In this document: in pieces, positions 29,068 to 42,176 of the stretch
How the letters are laid out: every line of letters starts with the position of its first letter
How positions within the stretch are numbered: the first letter of the stretch is position 1
Source of the DNA: Planctomycetota bacterium
GTDB lineage: Bacteria; Planctomycetota; UBA8742; UBA2392
Reading direction: 5' to 3'
Assembly (NCBI GenBank): GCA_027493625.1
Contig: JAOSKM010000001.1
Location: 382,416-446,415 of the forward strand
DNA length: 64,000 bases
Made by a program: the position numbers and the translations under genes
Notes under the pieces: generated by a model
What the model saw: only the letters and a program-made list of their open reading frames with translations
The model's database searches: none
What the model was told of the DNA's origin: nothing

Positions 29068-30111
29068 TTAACGGGTGAGCAGGGCGAGGTCGCGGTCATC
29101 GAGGCGGAGCATGGGCCCAGAGACGGGCAACTGCACGGCGCGGCTGAAAGAACGATACGTGCCGCTGCCGTTGAAGGTGCCCAGGCGCTCGAAGGTGCGG
29201 TCGATCATCATCAGGTCGATCATCACGGTGTTGGGGTAGCTCCAGCGCGTGGCGCCCACGAAGTCGCGGTCCGGGTTGGTCTGTGTGATCCAGTCCCCGC
29301 CAAACTCGACGCGGTTGTCGCGCAGGGGCCGCTGCAGCAGGATGGCAGTGCCGCCCGCCGGCACGGGTTTCACGACGCCCGGGGTACCCTTGGCCCACAG
29401 CCAGCGCGCGTTGGCGTCGGTGGGGCTGCACTCGGGCATGATGTTGTAGCTGAACTGGCTGTTGCGGGCGCCGAGCTGGAAGGCGGCCTGGTCGTCCACG
29501 AACACACGCACGCCGTAGACGAAGCTGGCAAGCTCGTCCTCATGGGGGGCGATCGGGTCGGGCGACTTGCCCTTGCCGATGGCCGCGATTTCGGCCATGG
29601 AGCGCTGGGGGATGACGCGGCGCACCAGGTAGGCGCCGCCGTACTGGTCGCCGTTCTTGTCGGGCATGCGGCGCCGCAGGTAGTAGGCCACGAAGGCGGT
29701 GCCGGTGACGTACTTCTTCTTGTTCTTGTCGTACCAGGTGTTGCGCCCGGTGAAGGACAGGAACTCGCGGATCTGCAGGGTCTGGGCGTCCTGGGGCTCA
29801 ACCCAGTCCTCGAGCTTGGAGTAGGCCTTGGAAGCGGGGATGGACTCGATGTCTCGCAGGTTCTCGGGCGTCAGGCTGCGGCAGTTTACGGTGTGGTAGT
29901 CTTCAAAGCCGGTCTCGATGCGCATCAGGTCCTGCTCGATCATGTCGAGGGCGGCGCGGGACTGGCTGTAGACGTCAACACGCTTGGCGGCGCGCAGGTA
30001 CATGGTCTGCGCGTTGACGAACATCGAGCGCAGCATCAGCATGATGATCAGCATCAGCGAGATCGCGATCATCAGCTCGAGCAGCGTGAAGCCACGGCGA
30101 AGGTTTCTCAT
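29068..30111 (-). CDS. prepilin-type protein (GspJ/PilW-like)
   Basis: RRGFTLLELMIAI class III signal. Confidence 0.85.
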   Translation of the reverse strand: MRNLRRGFTLLELMIAISLMLIIMLMLRSMFVNAQTMYLRAAKRVDVYSQSRAALDMIEQDLMRIETGFEDYHTVNCRSLTPENLRDIESIPASKAYSKLEDWVEPQDAQTLQIREFLSFTGRNTWYDKNKKKYVTGTAFVAYYLRRRMPDKNGDQYGGAYLVRRVIPQRSMAEIAAIGKGKSPDPIAPHEDELASFVYGVRVFVDDQAAFQLGARNSQFSYNIMPECSPTDANARWLWAKGTPGVVKPVPAGGTAILLQRPLRDNRVEFGGDWITQTNPDRDFVGATRWSYPNTVMIDLMMIDRTFERLGTFNGSGTYRSFSRAVQLPVSGPMLRLDDRDLALLTR

Positions 30112-30261
30112 GTTGGCGCTCCGTGCCGGAGGTCAGTGGCCGGAGGTCAGAGGTCAGGGACCTCGCCTGGCCGGCGGCTTTACTCCGGAAGTTTTTCGTT
30201 CTTTCGGGCCGGCGCTTTCAAGGCTCAGACGCGCCCGCCTGCCGTTTCTGACGTCTGACCT

Positions 30262-31041
30262 CTACTTTGCTGCATTCACGTAGAAATCCCACTCGAAGAA
30301 GGGGTCGTTCATCACGTCCCCCTCGAACTGGAAACCCTTGTAAACCCTGACGTGAACCACATACAGGTCGTCCAGCGGCTGCTTTTTGCCTGAGCCGTCG
30401 GGGGTCGGCACGCTGGCGCGCTGCACACTGCGGCGCACGGAGAAATCGAACTGGTAGAACATGCGGTCGTCCGGGTCCAGGCCCTCGATGGCGCCGGCGC
30501 GCCGCAGCGGGTCAGGCAGCAGCCGGAACACGCGGGGGTCACCCTCGAAGCCGGGCTTGCCGCCGCCCGGTCCGACGCCGTCGGTGGGAACCTGGGTCAC
30601 CATGTTCTTGCGACCGTCGCCGGTAACGGCGGCGTCGAACATCACCTTGGGCAGGCGGAAGAACACGGCGTTGGTGGCAGGCGCGCCGCCGACGATGTCC
30701 TTGGCGGCGTCGCGCTCGAGCGAGCCGGTCTTGCTCTTGCCGCCTTCGTAGTAGTCGCGGTATTCGTCGGGTGTGTAGCTCAGCGAACTGTCGGGGTAGT
30801 AGAAGGCGTAGACGTTGTCGTTCTCGGCCACGTTGATGGGGCGCGCGAGCGACTGGGTCACCAGCGAGCGCACGTTGCGCGTGATTTCCGCGGCGCGGGT
30901 GTAGTCCATGGCCTGGCGCGAGAGGCGCACGTTGGTGATGAACAGGGCCATGATCGCGGTGCCGCCCAGCGCGAAGATCGCCAGCGCCACCAGGATTTCG
31001 GTCAGCGTGAAGCCCCTGCGGTTGTTCGGTTTTCTGCGCAT
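30262..31041 (-). CDS. prepilin-type protein (GspI/PilV-like)
   Basis: RRGFTLTEILVALAI. Confidence 0.85.
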   Translation of the reverse strand: MRRKPNNRRGFTLTEILVALAIFALGGTAIMALFITNVRLSRQAMDYTRAAEITRNVRSLVTQSLARPINVAENDNVYAFYYPDSSLSYTPDEYRDYYEGGKSKTGSLERDAAKDIVGGAPATNAVFFRLPKVMFDAAVTGDGRKNMVTQVPTDGVGPGGGKPGFEGDPRVFRLLPDPLRRAGAIEGLDPDDRMFYQFDFSVRRSVQRASVPTPDGSGKKQPLDDLYVVHVRVYKGFQFEGDVMNDPFFEWDFYVNAAK

Positions 31042-31085
31042 GCGGTTTTTCCTTGCCGTCGGTGAAAGGGTCGTGACGGTCAGGC

Positions 31086-31772
31086 CTAGGGTTCGGTCAC
31101 TTCCTCGCGGTCCAGCACGGTCGAGCGCTTCACGGCCCCGGTCGCCGGGTTGATGTCGATGTAGACGAAGCGGTCGTCGTCAGTGAGGATCAGGTCTGCG
31201 TTCAGGTTCCGGGTCTCGCCGGAATCCAGCACGTAGCCCGGCTTGTCCTGGGGGATGATCAGGCGCCCGTCCGCCAGCACGGCGATCTTGTACTTGCCGG
31301 CGAAGCGCGAGTTGGCGCCCTCGGACAGGTAGTTGTCGATCGGGCCCTTGGGCGACTCATCCACCCAGCGGGGCGCGAACTTGACCGCGCCGCCGATCTG
31401 GTCCTGGAAGTCGAGCTGCTTGACGTAGTTGATTTCCTGCTGATCGGTGCCGGGCTGCGGGTTGGGGTTGATGCGGAACACCGCCATGCCCGGGCCCAGG
31501 TAGAACGTGAGGGCGTCGCTCTCCTGGGCTTGCCCGCCCAGCGCTTCCTCTTCGGTGTAGCACACGATCACGTGGGTCTGGCGCGTGTTCATGGCCTCGC
31601 TGCGGGCGAACGCGATGAAGCCGCCGATGTTGTTGCCCGACATGCTGAGCCCGCGGCCCTTCATGAAGCGCAGCATCACCGGCACCATCACCGTGACCAG
31701 CATGGCCACGATGGCGATCACCACCAGCAGTTCCATCAGCGTGAAGCCGCGTCTCTGCCTTTTCACGTTCAT
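31086..31772 (-). CDS. prepilin-type protein (GspH/FimT-like)
   Basis: RRGFTLMELLVVIAI...ARSEA. Confidence 0.85.
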   Translation of the reverse strand: MNVKRQRRGFTLMELLVVIAIVAMLVTVMVPVMLRFMKGRGLSMSGNNIGGFIAFARSEAMNTRQTHVIVCYTEEEALGGQAQESDALTFYLGPGMAVFRINPNPQPGTDQQEINYVKQLDFQDQIGGAVKFAPRWVDESPKGPIDNYLSEGANSRFAGKYKIAVLADGRLIIPQDKPGYVLDSGETRNLNADLILTDDDRFVYIDINPATGAVKRSTVLDREEVTEP

Positions 31773-31795
31773 CTCCTGCCGCCCGCGGGCGATTG

Positions 31796-32365
31796 CTACT
31801 TCATTTCCTCGCGCGTCTTCACCGAGTTGTTGCGCGAGTCAAAGATCAGGTCGTCGGGAGTGTTCGGCAGGCCGTCGGGGCCCGCCGAGTACACGAAACC
31901 GAGCTTCACGTTGTTGTCGAACTTGTACCAGATCGTGTTTTCCCAGGCGTCCACCAGGTGCGGCAGCCGACCGCCCTCTTCCCGCGTGAACTTGGCCAGC
32001 TCCTCGGGCTGCAGCAGCGGCGCGTAGTTCTGGTCTTTGTACAGATTCGAGCCTTCCCACACCGAGCGCGTCGGCGCCGCATAGAACAGCATCATCTGCG
32101 ATGAGGCCAGCCGCTCGTCGGATGCGATCCGCCCGGAAAGCTGGCCCGCGTCCTTCTTGAACTTCTTGATCGTGGGCGGGTTCTTCTCGCCGGTGATCAC
32201 CGGGCCGATCTGCTGCAGCAGCGTGCGGGTGGCGCTTTCTTCCGACTTCTTCAGCGCCGGCAGAACCGCCACGGCCAGCACCACGATCAGGATCGAGATG
32301 ATGCCCACCACGATCAGCAACTCGATCAGCGTAAAACCGCGTTTGTTCAAGCGCATGCTGTTCAT
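31796..32365 (-). CDS. prepilin-type protein (GspG-like)
   Basis: KRGFTLIELL; DAW...YSAGPDG...T.DD. Confidence 0.85.
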   Translation of the reverse strand: MNSMRLNKRGFTLIELLIVVGIISILIVVLAVAVLPALKKSEESATRTLLQQIGPVITGEKNPPTIKKFKKDAGQLSGRIASDERLASSQMMLFYAAPTRSVWEGSNLYKDQNYAPLLQPEELAKFTREEGGRLPHLVDAWENTIWYKFDNNVKLGFVYSAGPDGLPNTPDDLIFDSRNNSVKTREEMK

Positions 32366-32379
32366 CGCCCATCCCCCGC

Positions 32380-32934
32380 TTACTGCAAGCCGTTGTAGAT
32401 GTCGTCGTTTTCGCCCTGCAGCTCATACAACTGGCCGTCGGGCCCGCGGGATATGATGTCGTAGGTGTTCTCGTTGTAGCGCCGCCCCGCGTAACGGGGG
32501 GTCTTGCCGCTGGCGCTCTTCTTCTGGCTGTAGTTGCGGTAGATGTAGTACTTGTGCCACGGGTCCAGGAAGACCTTCTTGCCGCCTTCCTCACCCTCGA
32601 CGTACTCGTCGCTCTTCACGTACGGGTCTTTGCCGGCCTTCTTGGGCTTGTCCACCAGCTCCGCGAACAGCTCCGCGTTGCCCTGCCAGTAAGACTCGCC
32701 GTCGGTCAGGTTCGGGCTGGCCGGATAGGTGTTGTTGTCCTTGCCCGTTTCGTCCTGCCACTTGCTGATGGCGGCCGGGATCACGTTGCTGACGAAGTTT
32801 TCGGCGGTCTTGATCTCGCCCTTCGACATCGCGTTAAACAGCACGGCCACCAGCACCACCACCAGGATGCCGATAATGCCGACCACAATCATAAGTTCGA
32901 TCAGGGTGAACCCTGACCGCGATGAGCGTCTCAT
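32380..32934 (-). CDS. prepilin-type protein (GspG-like major pseudopilin)
   Basis: SGFTLIELM; DPW..YY.Y...YDIIS.GPDG...DDI.N. Confidence 0.87.
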   Translation of the reverse strand: MRRSSRSGFTLIELMIVVGIIGILVVVLVAVLFNAMSKGEIKTAENFVSNVIPAAISKWQDETGKDNNTYPASPNLTDGESYWQGNAELFAELVDKPKKAGKDPYVKSDEYVEGEEGGKKVFLDPWHKYYIYRNYSQKKSASGKTPRYAGRRYNENTYDIISRGPDGQLYELQGENDDIYNGLQ

Positions 32935-33138
32935 CGGACCTCCAGTGACCGTCCGTAAATGCATGCTATGCAAACCTTACGCCAGAACTTGGATGCCGCG
33001 CAGGCACTTGACGCAAGTGCCCACCGCATCTGGATTTCAACAGATTACCCAAGGTCCTGTATGCTACCCGAAGCGGCCAGATACGCAAGTTTGGTGTCCC
33101 GCGGGTAACGCAAAGTCTGCCGCAGGTAAGGCGGGTAC

Positions 33139-33265
33139 GGTCAGAGGCCGGAGGTCGGAGGTCGGAGGCCGGAGGTCAGGAGGCCGGAGGTCAGGAGGCC
33201 GGAGGTCAGAGGTCGGAGGTCGGAGGCCAGAGGTCGGAGGTCGGAGGCCAGAGGTCGGAGGTCAG
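33139..33265. repeat. intergenic tandem heptamer array (GGTCRGA/GGCCRGA)
   Basis: About 18 degenerate 7-8 nt units; shorter copies at ~30125-30158 and ~48529-48560. Confidence 0.9.
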
Positions 33266-33342
33266 TGTCCAAAACGATTCCCTACAACCTGCAACCTAAA
33301 ACTTAAAACCTGCCTCCTGCCTCGGGCCTCCTGCCTCCTGCT

Positions 33343-33975
33343 TCACCCCAGCTTGCCGTCGCGCAGCTCCACTACCCGGTCCGCTACCGACTGGGCCGAG
33401 TCGTGATCGTGGGTGCTGAAAATCACCACCGTGCCAGACTGCGCCTGCTCCCGCGCCGCCTGCCACAGGCGGGTCCGCGCTTCTCTATCCAGGCCCGTGG
33501 ATGGCTCATCCAGCAGCAGCAGTCGCGGGTTGTGCACCAGGGCGCGGCACAACGCGGCCGTCTGTTCCTGGCCGCGTGACAGCTCGCTGACCGGCAGGTC
33601 GGCATAGCGCGCGGCCTGGAAGCGCTCGATCAGCGCCTCGGCGCGGGCCTTGTGGTCGGCTACGCCGTACAATGAGGCAAACAGGCGCAGGTTTTCGCGC
33701 ATGCTGAGGGCTGCGTCGAGCATGCTTTCGTGGCCCAGGTAGCCCAGCAGGGCGCGGGCCTTGAGCGGCTGGGCGCGGCAGTCGGTTTCGCCGAGGTTTA
33801 CCTTTCCGTCGTCGGGGCGCAGGATGGTGGCCAGGATACGGATCAGTGTGCTCTTGCCCGTGCCGTTGGCGCCGATCAGCGCCGTGAGGCTGCCCGGCTC
33901 GGCGCTGAAATCAAGCCCGCGCAGAACGTGCGTCGCGCCCCACGACTTGGTGATTCCCTCGGCAACCAGCTTCAT
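33343..33975 (-). CDS. ccmA: heme exporter ABC ATPase CcmA
   Basis: Walker A GANGTGKST, LSRGQ, LLLDEP; ccm context. Confidence 0.85.
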   Translation of the reverse strand: MKLVAEGITKSWGATHVLRGLDFSAEPGSLTALIGANGTGKSTLIRILATILRPDDGKVNLGETDCRAQPLKARALLGYLGHESMLDAALSMRENLRLFASLYGVADHKARAEALIERFQAARYADLPVSELSRGQEQTAALCRALVHNPRLLLLDEPSTGLDREARTRLWQAAREQAQSGTVVIFSTHDHDSAQSVADRVVELRDGKLG

Positions 33976-34061
33976 GAACGACCCGATGTCACGCGAAGAG
34001 GCGAAGGTAGCGAAGACCGCGAAGAACCGCCATCATTCAGCGCGACTTCGCGGAGTTCGAG

Positions 34062-35657
34062 CTAGGCTTTTTTCTCCGCCGCGCCTGCGTCGAACTCCAC
34101 CAGCCGGTTCAGCAGCCGCTGCCTCTGTTCCTGGTAGACGCGTGCCGGCATGGCGCCTTCCTTATACTCCGCCTCCAGTGCCACCACGGCGTCCAGCACC
34201 TCGCGCCTGGAGGCCGGCAGTCGAGCCAGCTTCTTCAACTGCTCGTCGCGCGGCTTGCGGATCGTCGCCACCAGCGCGCCGACGAACGCCAGCCCGAACA
34301 CCAGCGCCAGAGCCTTGAACAGCACCGACAGGTTGAAGCTGGGGCCTGGAGGCGCGGGCTGCTGCTGCGCGGTGGGGGGGCCGGATTCGCCGGCCTCCCA
34401 GCGCGACAGCATCTGCTGCGCCTCTTCGGTGAAGGCGAACACCAGCTGCACGACTTCCTGGGATGCGAGGTCGGGGCTGTGGTCCGGGTTGGGTGGGTGA
34501 CGGCCGTCCTGGGGCGGACCGTACAGGCGGCGATGCGCGCCCTCGACCAGCGCGGCCAGCGTCAGCTCCGGTGGCAGGTCGGCTTCCGCCTCCAGCACCG
34601 GGTAGTCGAAGCTGCGGGTCACGGATATGCGCTCGGCGGGGGCTGACGTAAGCACTCCGCCCTGGTGCATCACCCGGATTTCCAGCACACCCGCCGCGCC
34701 AAGCCGGGCGGGGGGCACCGGGCGCGTGAACACCAGGGTGGCCGAGCGCCCGCTGGGGGACGGGTTCACGCGGTACACCGTGTCGCCGGCGCCGACCATC
34801 ACCAGCATCGGGTCTTTGTTCAGCAGGTGCCAGTTGTCGGCGCTGACCTGCGGGCCGTTGCCGGGCCGGGCCGGGCCGCCGTGCATGCCGCCGCCGGTGC
34901 CGAAGCTCCAGGCCGCGGCGTTTTCCTCGGTGAACGGCTTCTCCAGCGGCGTGCCGACGTTCCAGCCCTGCATGTAGAGCAGCTGGCTGCCGTACATGGC
35001 CGGCAGATTCTGCGCGGACAGGCCGGGTGGCACCATCACGTTGAGCTCGACAGTCACCAGCGCGGCGCGGGCCGGGTCCGGGTTGCTGATGCGCAGGTTC
35101 TCGATCAGCTGCACCGGGCCGTAACGCAGGTCGGGGCGCAGGAGGGTGCGCGTCTGAAGCCTGTACTTTTCTATCCGCACGTCGGCGCGGTCGGCTCCCA
35201 GCCGGAAATATGGAAGGCGCACGTCCAGCGTGGTCACCTCGGGCGTCAGCCAGGCCTCGTTGGTCAGCGGCCACCACAGCTCGCCGACCTTGGCGGCGAC
35301 GCCCAGCCGGGTGTTCAGCGGCAGGCCCTCGAGTCGGAAAGCACCATCGCCCTCAACCGGAGCAAACCAGCTTCCTGTCGCGATCACCGGCGCGATCAGG
35401 CCGCCCAGCGGAGTCTCGGGCTGCTGCCCGTCCGCGAGCGCGTTGAACGCGTCCTGCCACTGAGTTGCGGTCAGTTCATTGAACGCCGGCGCGTCGGCGG
35501 GCAGCGCAACCGCGCCGATCATGGCCGGATCGTCCAGGTAGGGCTCGCCGCCCGCCGCATCGTACAGCCGCCCGGTCAGCGCGCCCTGCGCCGTCAGCGT
35601 GTTCGCCAGCAGGCAGGCCAGCAGCAGGGTGTGAATGTACAGGGCGGATCGGCTCAT
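34062..35657 (-). CDS. ccm-associated exported protein with C-terminal TM and coiled tail
   Basis: Signal peptide; C-terminal TM then LE.EY..G......Y...R..L; overlaps the upstream gene's stop. Confidence 0.7.
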   Translation of the reverse strand: MSRSALYIHTLLLACLLANTLTAQGALTGRLYDAAGGEPYLDDPAMIGAVALPADAPAFNELTATQWQDAFNALADGQQPETPLGGLIAPVIATGSWFAPVEGDGAFRLEGLPLNTRLGVAAKVGELWWPLTNEAWLTPEVTTLDVRLPYFRLGADRADVRIEKYRLQTRTLLRPDLRYGPVQLIENLRISNPDPARAALVTVELNVMVPPGLSAQNLPAMYGSQLLYMQGWNVGTPLEKPFTEENAAAWSFGTGGGMHGGPARPGNGPQVSADNWHLLNKDPMLVMVGAGDTVYRVNPSPSGRSATLVFTRPVPPARLGAAGVLEIRVMHQGGVLTSAPAERISVTRSFDYPVLEAEADLPPELTLAALVEGAHRRLYGPPQDGRHPPNPDHSPDLASQEVVQLVFAFTEEAQQMLSRWEAGESGPPTAQQQPAPPGPSFNLSVLFKALALVFGLAFVGALVATIRKPRDEQLKKLARLPASRREVLDAVVALEAEYKEGAMPARVYQEQRQRLLNRLVEFDAGAAEKKA

Positions 35658-36049
35658 TGCTGCGCTTTGCTGCGGGCGAGGTCCTCTTCGATGCGGCGGC
35701 GCGCGGCCGTGCGTTTTTCCTGGATGACATCGAGCTGGGCGGTCAACTCGCGCGCGGTCTGCAGGTAAGCGGGTCGCAGGCGCTCGAAGTCGTCGGCGGG
35801 AAGCTTGCCGGCGAGCTTGTCGTCCTCGAGGTCCTTGAGGGCCCGCAGTGCCTCTTCGCGGCGGCGTGCGATGATGCTGTACTCGGATTCGACGTCGCCC
35901 ACGAACCACAGGCGCTTGCGGCGCGCCAGCGGCGAGAATGTCAGCGCCACGACGCCGAACACCAGCGGCGCCAGGCGCCAGTCGGCGACGGCGGTCAACG
36001 CGCCCGCGGCGCCGGCGGCGATCAGGATTTTGAGCCAGGCCTGCTTCAC
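35654..36049 (-). CDS. CcmI-N-terminal-like membrane protein
   Basis: Two TMs, then LRALKDLEDD...GKL...DF..L. Confidence 0.65.
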   Translation of the reverse strand: MKQAWLKILIAAGAAGALTAVADWRLAPLVFGVVALTFSPLARRKRLWFVGDVESEYSIIARRREEALRALKDLEDDKLAGKLPADDFERLRPAYLQTARELTAQLDVIQEKRTAARRRIEEDLARSKAQQ

Positions 36050-36608
36050 TCCAGCTCCTTCAGTTCGCGCGCAATGCGATCCTCGAAATCGGAATCCACG
36101 GCCGGCTGCGGCGCGGCTTCGGGCGCGGGTCCGCGGCGCGTGAGTACACGGAATGCCACGCCGAACGCCGCCAGCAGCAGCAGGCCGGAGCCGATCAGGA
36201 TGGGGTAAAGGTTGCTTTCCTCGGGCACCTGCAGCACGCCCTTGCCGAAGCGCTCCATCATCTGCTGCCTGATGGCGGCCGCGTCAAGCTTCGGGTTGCC
36301 GACCAGTTCGCGCAGAAACTTGCGCTCTTCTTCTTTTGAGCTGCACACGTTGTGGCTGCAGGAAAGCAGCGGCTCGCGGCAGCCGCAGATGCAGAACAGC
36401 TGGTCGCCGACCTGCTGGTACAGCAGCTCAGCCTGGTCCGGCGTGCGCTCCTGGGCTGACAGGGCAGGGGCAAACGAGACGAGAGCCAGCAGCAACACCG
36501 CCGTCCATTTTGGATTTTGAATTTTGGATTTTGGATTGAATGCCACGGGGGCGGCACCGCACGCCGGGCGCCAATCCAGAATCCAAAATCTGAAATCCAG
36601 AATCCCCA

Positions 36609-36612
<4 letters not shown>
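36046..36612 (-). CDS. ccmH: cytochrome c biogenesis protein CcmH-like
   Basis: LFCICGC...SC...C, RFG..VL..P, C-terminal TM; coupled to the ccmF stop. Confidence 0.75.
36507..36604. repeat. inverted pair of ATTTTGG/CCAAAAT heptamer arrays within the 5' end of ccmH
   Basis: attttggattttgaattttggattttggatt ... aatccagaatccaaaatctgaaatccagaat. Confidence 0.85.
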
Positions 36613-39899
<3,287 letters not shown>

Positions 39900-39904
39900 C
39901 CGCT

Positions 39905-40339
39905 TTACGGGGCTGGGTTTGCTTCCTCGGCCGTGGTCAGTTCCTTGCCCTCATAACGGGACGGGCACTGGGTCTGCAGCAGCGTGGCAACGAATGCCCC
40001 GCGCCGCGGGTCGTAGCGCCCTTCCATGGTGACGTGGGCCGCCTTCTTCAGGTTGGCGGGCACGTCGTCGCCCTCATAAATCACCTGCAGTACCGCGGGG
40101 TTCGCCGGCAGCTGCTGCCCCTCGGGGGGGATGTCCACGGCCGTGAACTGCGTGGGCCGGAACTGGCTTTGAACGGAAAGCACCTGAGCCTTCACCTTGA
40201 CGCGCTCGCCGTCGTAGGAACTGGAGCTGAGCTCGGGGATGGTGCGGTACTCGGTGCCGCCCTCGAGCAGCGCCAGGGCGACGGAGCCGCCGATCGCAGC
40301 GGCGAACAGTACGATGACGATGATGACCTTCGCGCTCAT
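39905..40339 (-). CDS. ccmE: heme chaperone CcmE, CxxxY variant
   Basis: V.Y.G..P......V..EG.......F.A..L..QCPSRY. Confidence 0.85.
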   Translation of the reverse strand: MSAKVIIVIVLFAAAIGGSVALALLEGGTEYRTIPELSSSSYDGERVKVKAQVLSVQSQFRPTQFTAVDIPPEGQQLPANPAVLQVIYEGDDVPANLKKAAHVTMEGRYDPRRGAFVATLLQTQCPSRYEGKELTTAEEANPAP

Positions 40340-40469
40340 GGTTGCATCTCAACGGCCCGTGGGTTCGCTTGCCCCGCGGAACTTTATAGCAGGGCCCTCC
40401 GCCCGGACAAGCGAAAGCGGCCAACCATAGAACGCATGGGCGGTGGGTTCGATTCGCGAGAAAGGGGGG

Positions 40470-41097
40470 CTACTCCTGCTTTTCGGTGTTGAGTTCCTGC
40501 TGCAGGCGTGCGGTGAGCGGGCCCTGGCGCTGGAAGGGGTGGTAGGGGAAGACCAGGCGCCAGTGGGTGCGCTCGGCTTCCGGCGAGTCGACATCAAGGT
40601 AGGTGTCGGGTGAGGGGTGCTCGGTGCGGATGAAGTAGCGGTCGCCGATCCAGAAGCCGCGGGACTGCCTGGCGTTGGTGGGCGGCGCGTCGATCTCCTG
40701 CTGGAACAGGAAGTCTTCCTCCTCGCCGTCGAGCCGCAGCCGCAGCCGCATCAGCGGCGTGCCGTCGTCGGGCCAGACGAAGCCGGGGGGCGCCAGCGGG
40801 TCAGGACGCGGAGCGCGGTAGTCGTTGACCTCGACGACCTCGGCGCGGTCGATGAAGGCGCCGACCCTGGGCCGGATTTCGGACCATCCGACGCGCAACA
40901 TGTGCTCGCTGTACTCGCGAAGCACCGGTCTGCCCAAAGTGTGAAGAAAAAAGTGAGGGATCATCTTCGCGGTATGCGTCGCGCATGACTTCGATGGAAG
41001 TGCGCGGCTGGATGAGTCGCGGGCGGGCGGTAACGGAGCAGGCTGCTGCCAGCAACCCTGCGCAGATCAAGGCAAGGCAGGCGATCGGCTGTTTCAC
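40470..41097 (-). CDS. hypothetical lipoprotein (apparent frameshift at the A6 run ~40947-40952)
   Basis: Lipobox LAAAC in the 41097 frame; removing one T joins it to ORF 40470-40964 (DDPSLFLHTLG). Confidence 0.65.
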
Positions 41098-41115
41098 GAC
41101 GCTTCTCCCGGTGGT

Positions 41116-41174
41116 ATTGACGCGTCAATGGCACGGCCGGTCGGGGGGTTATCCGGACGTATTGACGTGTCAAG
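41116..41174. promoter_or_regulatory. two palindromic TTGAC-N2-GTCAA boxes in a divergent promoter region
   Basis: attgacgcgtcaat at 41116-41129 and attgacgtgtcaag at 41161-41174. Confidence 0.55.
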
Positions 41175-41274
41175 TGTGCGCGATCGGGGCATGATTTTTC
41201 TTTGACGGAAACTTGTGCACAGGATACTTTTCATCCATCGAGTGTGTGCGTTAACGAAACACAAGGAGGGGAGC

Positions 41275-41412
41275 ATGGCAGGTACCGCGAAGAAGAAGCC
41301 GGCTGCGAAGAAGAAGCCGGCCGCCAAGAAGGCCGCCAAGAAGCCGGCCGCCAAGAAGAAGCCCGCAGCCAAGAAGCCGGCTGCGAAGAAGAAGACCGCC
41401 AAGAAGAAGTAA
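41275..41412 (+). CDS. histone H1-like small basic protein (KKPAAKK repeats, 45 aa)
   Basis: AAGGAGG RBS; almost entirely Lys/Ala/Pro; TTGACG-17-TACTTT promoter-like site upstream; hairpin at 41510-41539 downstream. Confidence 0.85.
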   Translation: MAGTAKKKPAAKKKPAAKKAAKKPAAKKKPAAKKPAAKKKTAKKK

Positions 41413-41632
41413 CCACGCAGCACCCGCAGTTCAGGCAGTAAACGAAGCACGTAGACCAACCCAGCGCCCTGAAGTCAGGACGCGAAACAAACAGCCAGCA
41501 CACACTCGAGAGCCTCACTGTCCGCCAACAGTGAGGCTCGCACTTTTAATCCACAGTTTGTCCGCAGGCGGGGTCAAAGCAACGGGCCGGGGAAGCGCAG
41601 CTCCCCGGCCCTGCCTGCTGTCATCGGTTGCG

Positions 41633-42085
41633 CTACTCGGCCTGCGCCACGATCCACACGCGGCTCTGCACCTCGACTTCGTCGTGCAGGCGGATGTTGA
41701 AGCTGTATGTGCCCAGCTCGCGGATGTGGTCGGATTCCAGCTCGATCTGGCTGGGCTTCAGGGAAACGCCCTCTTCCTTGAAGGCATCGCAGATCACCTT
41801 GGGCGTCACGCTGCCGAACAGGTGGCCCTCGGCGCTGGCGCGCATCGGCACGGTCAGTTGCACCTTGCCGATGGCCTCAGCGATCTCCTGGGCGGTCTCG
41901 CGCTGTTTGACCTGGCGGGCCTCGTAGGCGCGCTTCTCGCCGGCCAGGCGGCGCAGGTTTTCGTCACTGGCGGGCATGGCCAGATTCTTGGGCAGCAGGT
42001 AGTTGCGGGCGTAGCCGTCGGTGACGTCAACCACGTCGCCGCGCTTGCCCACCCCGCGGATGGATTCGCGTAGTAGAAGTTTCAT
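41633..42085 (-). CDS. rplI: 50S ribosomal protein L9
   Basis: GKRGDVVDV.DGYARNYLLP, LFGSVT. Confidence 0.96.
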   Translation of the reverse strand: MKLLLRESIRGVGKRGDVVDVTDGYARNYLLPKNLAMPASDENLRRLAGEKRAYEARQVKQRETAQEIAEAIGKVQLTVPMRASAEGHLFGSVTPKVICDAFKEEGVSLKPSQIELESDHIRELGTYSFNIRLHDEVEVQSRVWIVAQAE

Positions 42086-42176
42086 GTGTTCTCCTTGCAT
42101 TGAGGAGGCCGGAGACCGGGTGCGGAGGCAGGAACTGCTTTCCCTGCCGCGCGCTGCCTGCCTCCTGCCGCCTGGA

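Noticed and set aside
33139-33265. Possible CRISPR array or coding repeat (ORF 32729-33406, GGRRSEV repeats)
   Set aside because: Degenerate 7-nt tandem units with no spacers; the ORF is antisense to real genes at both ends
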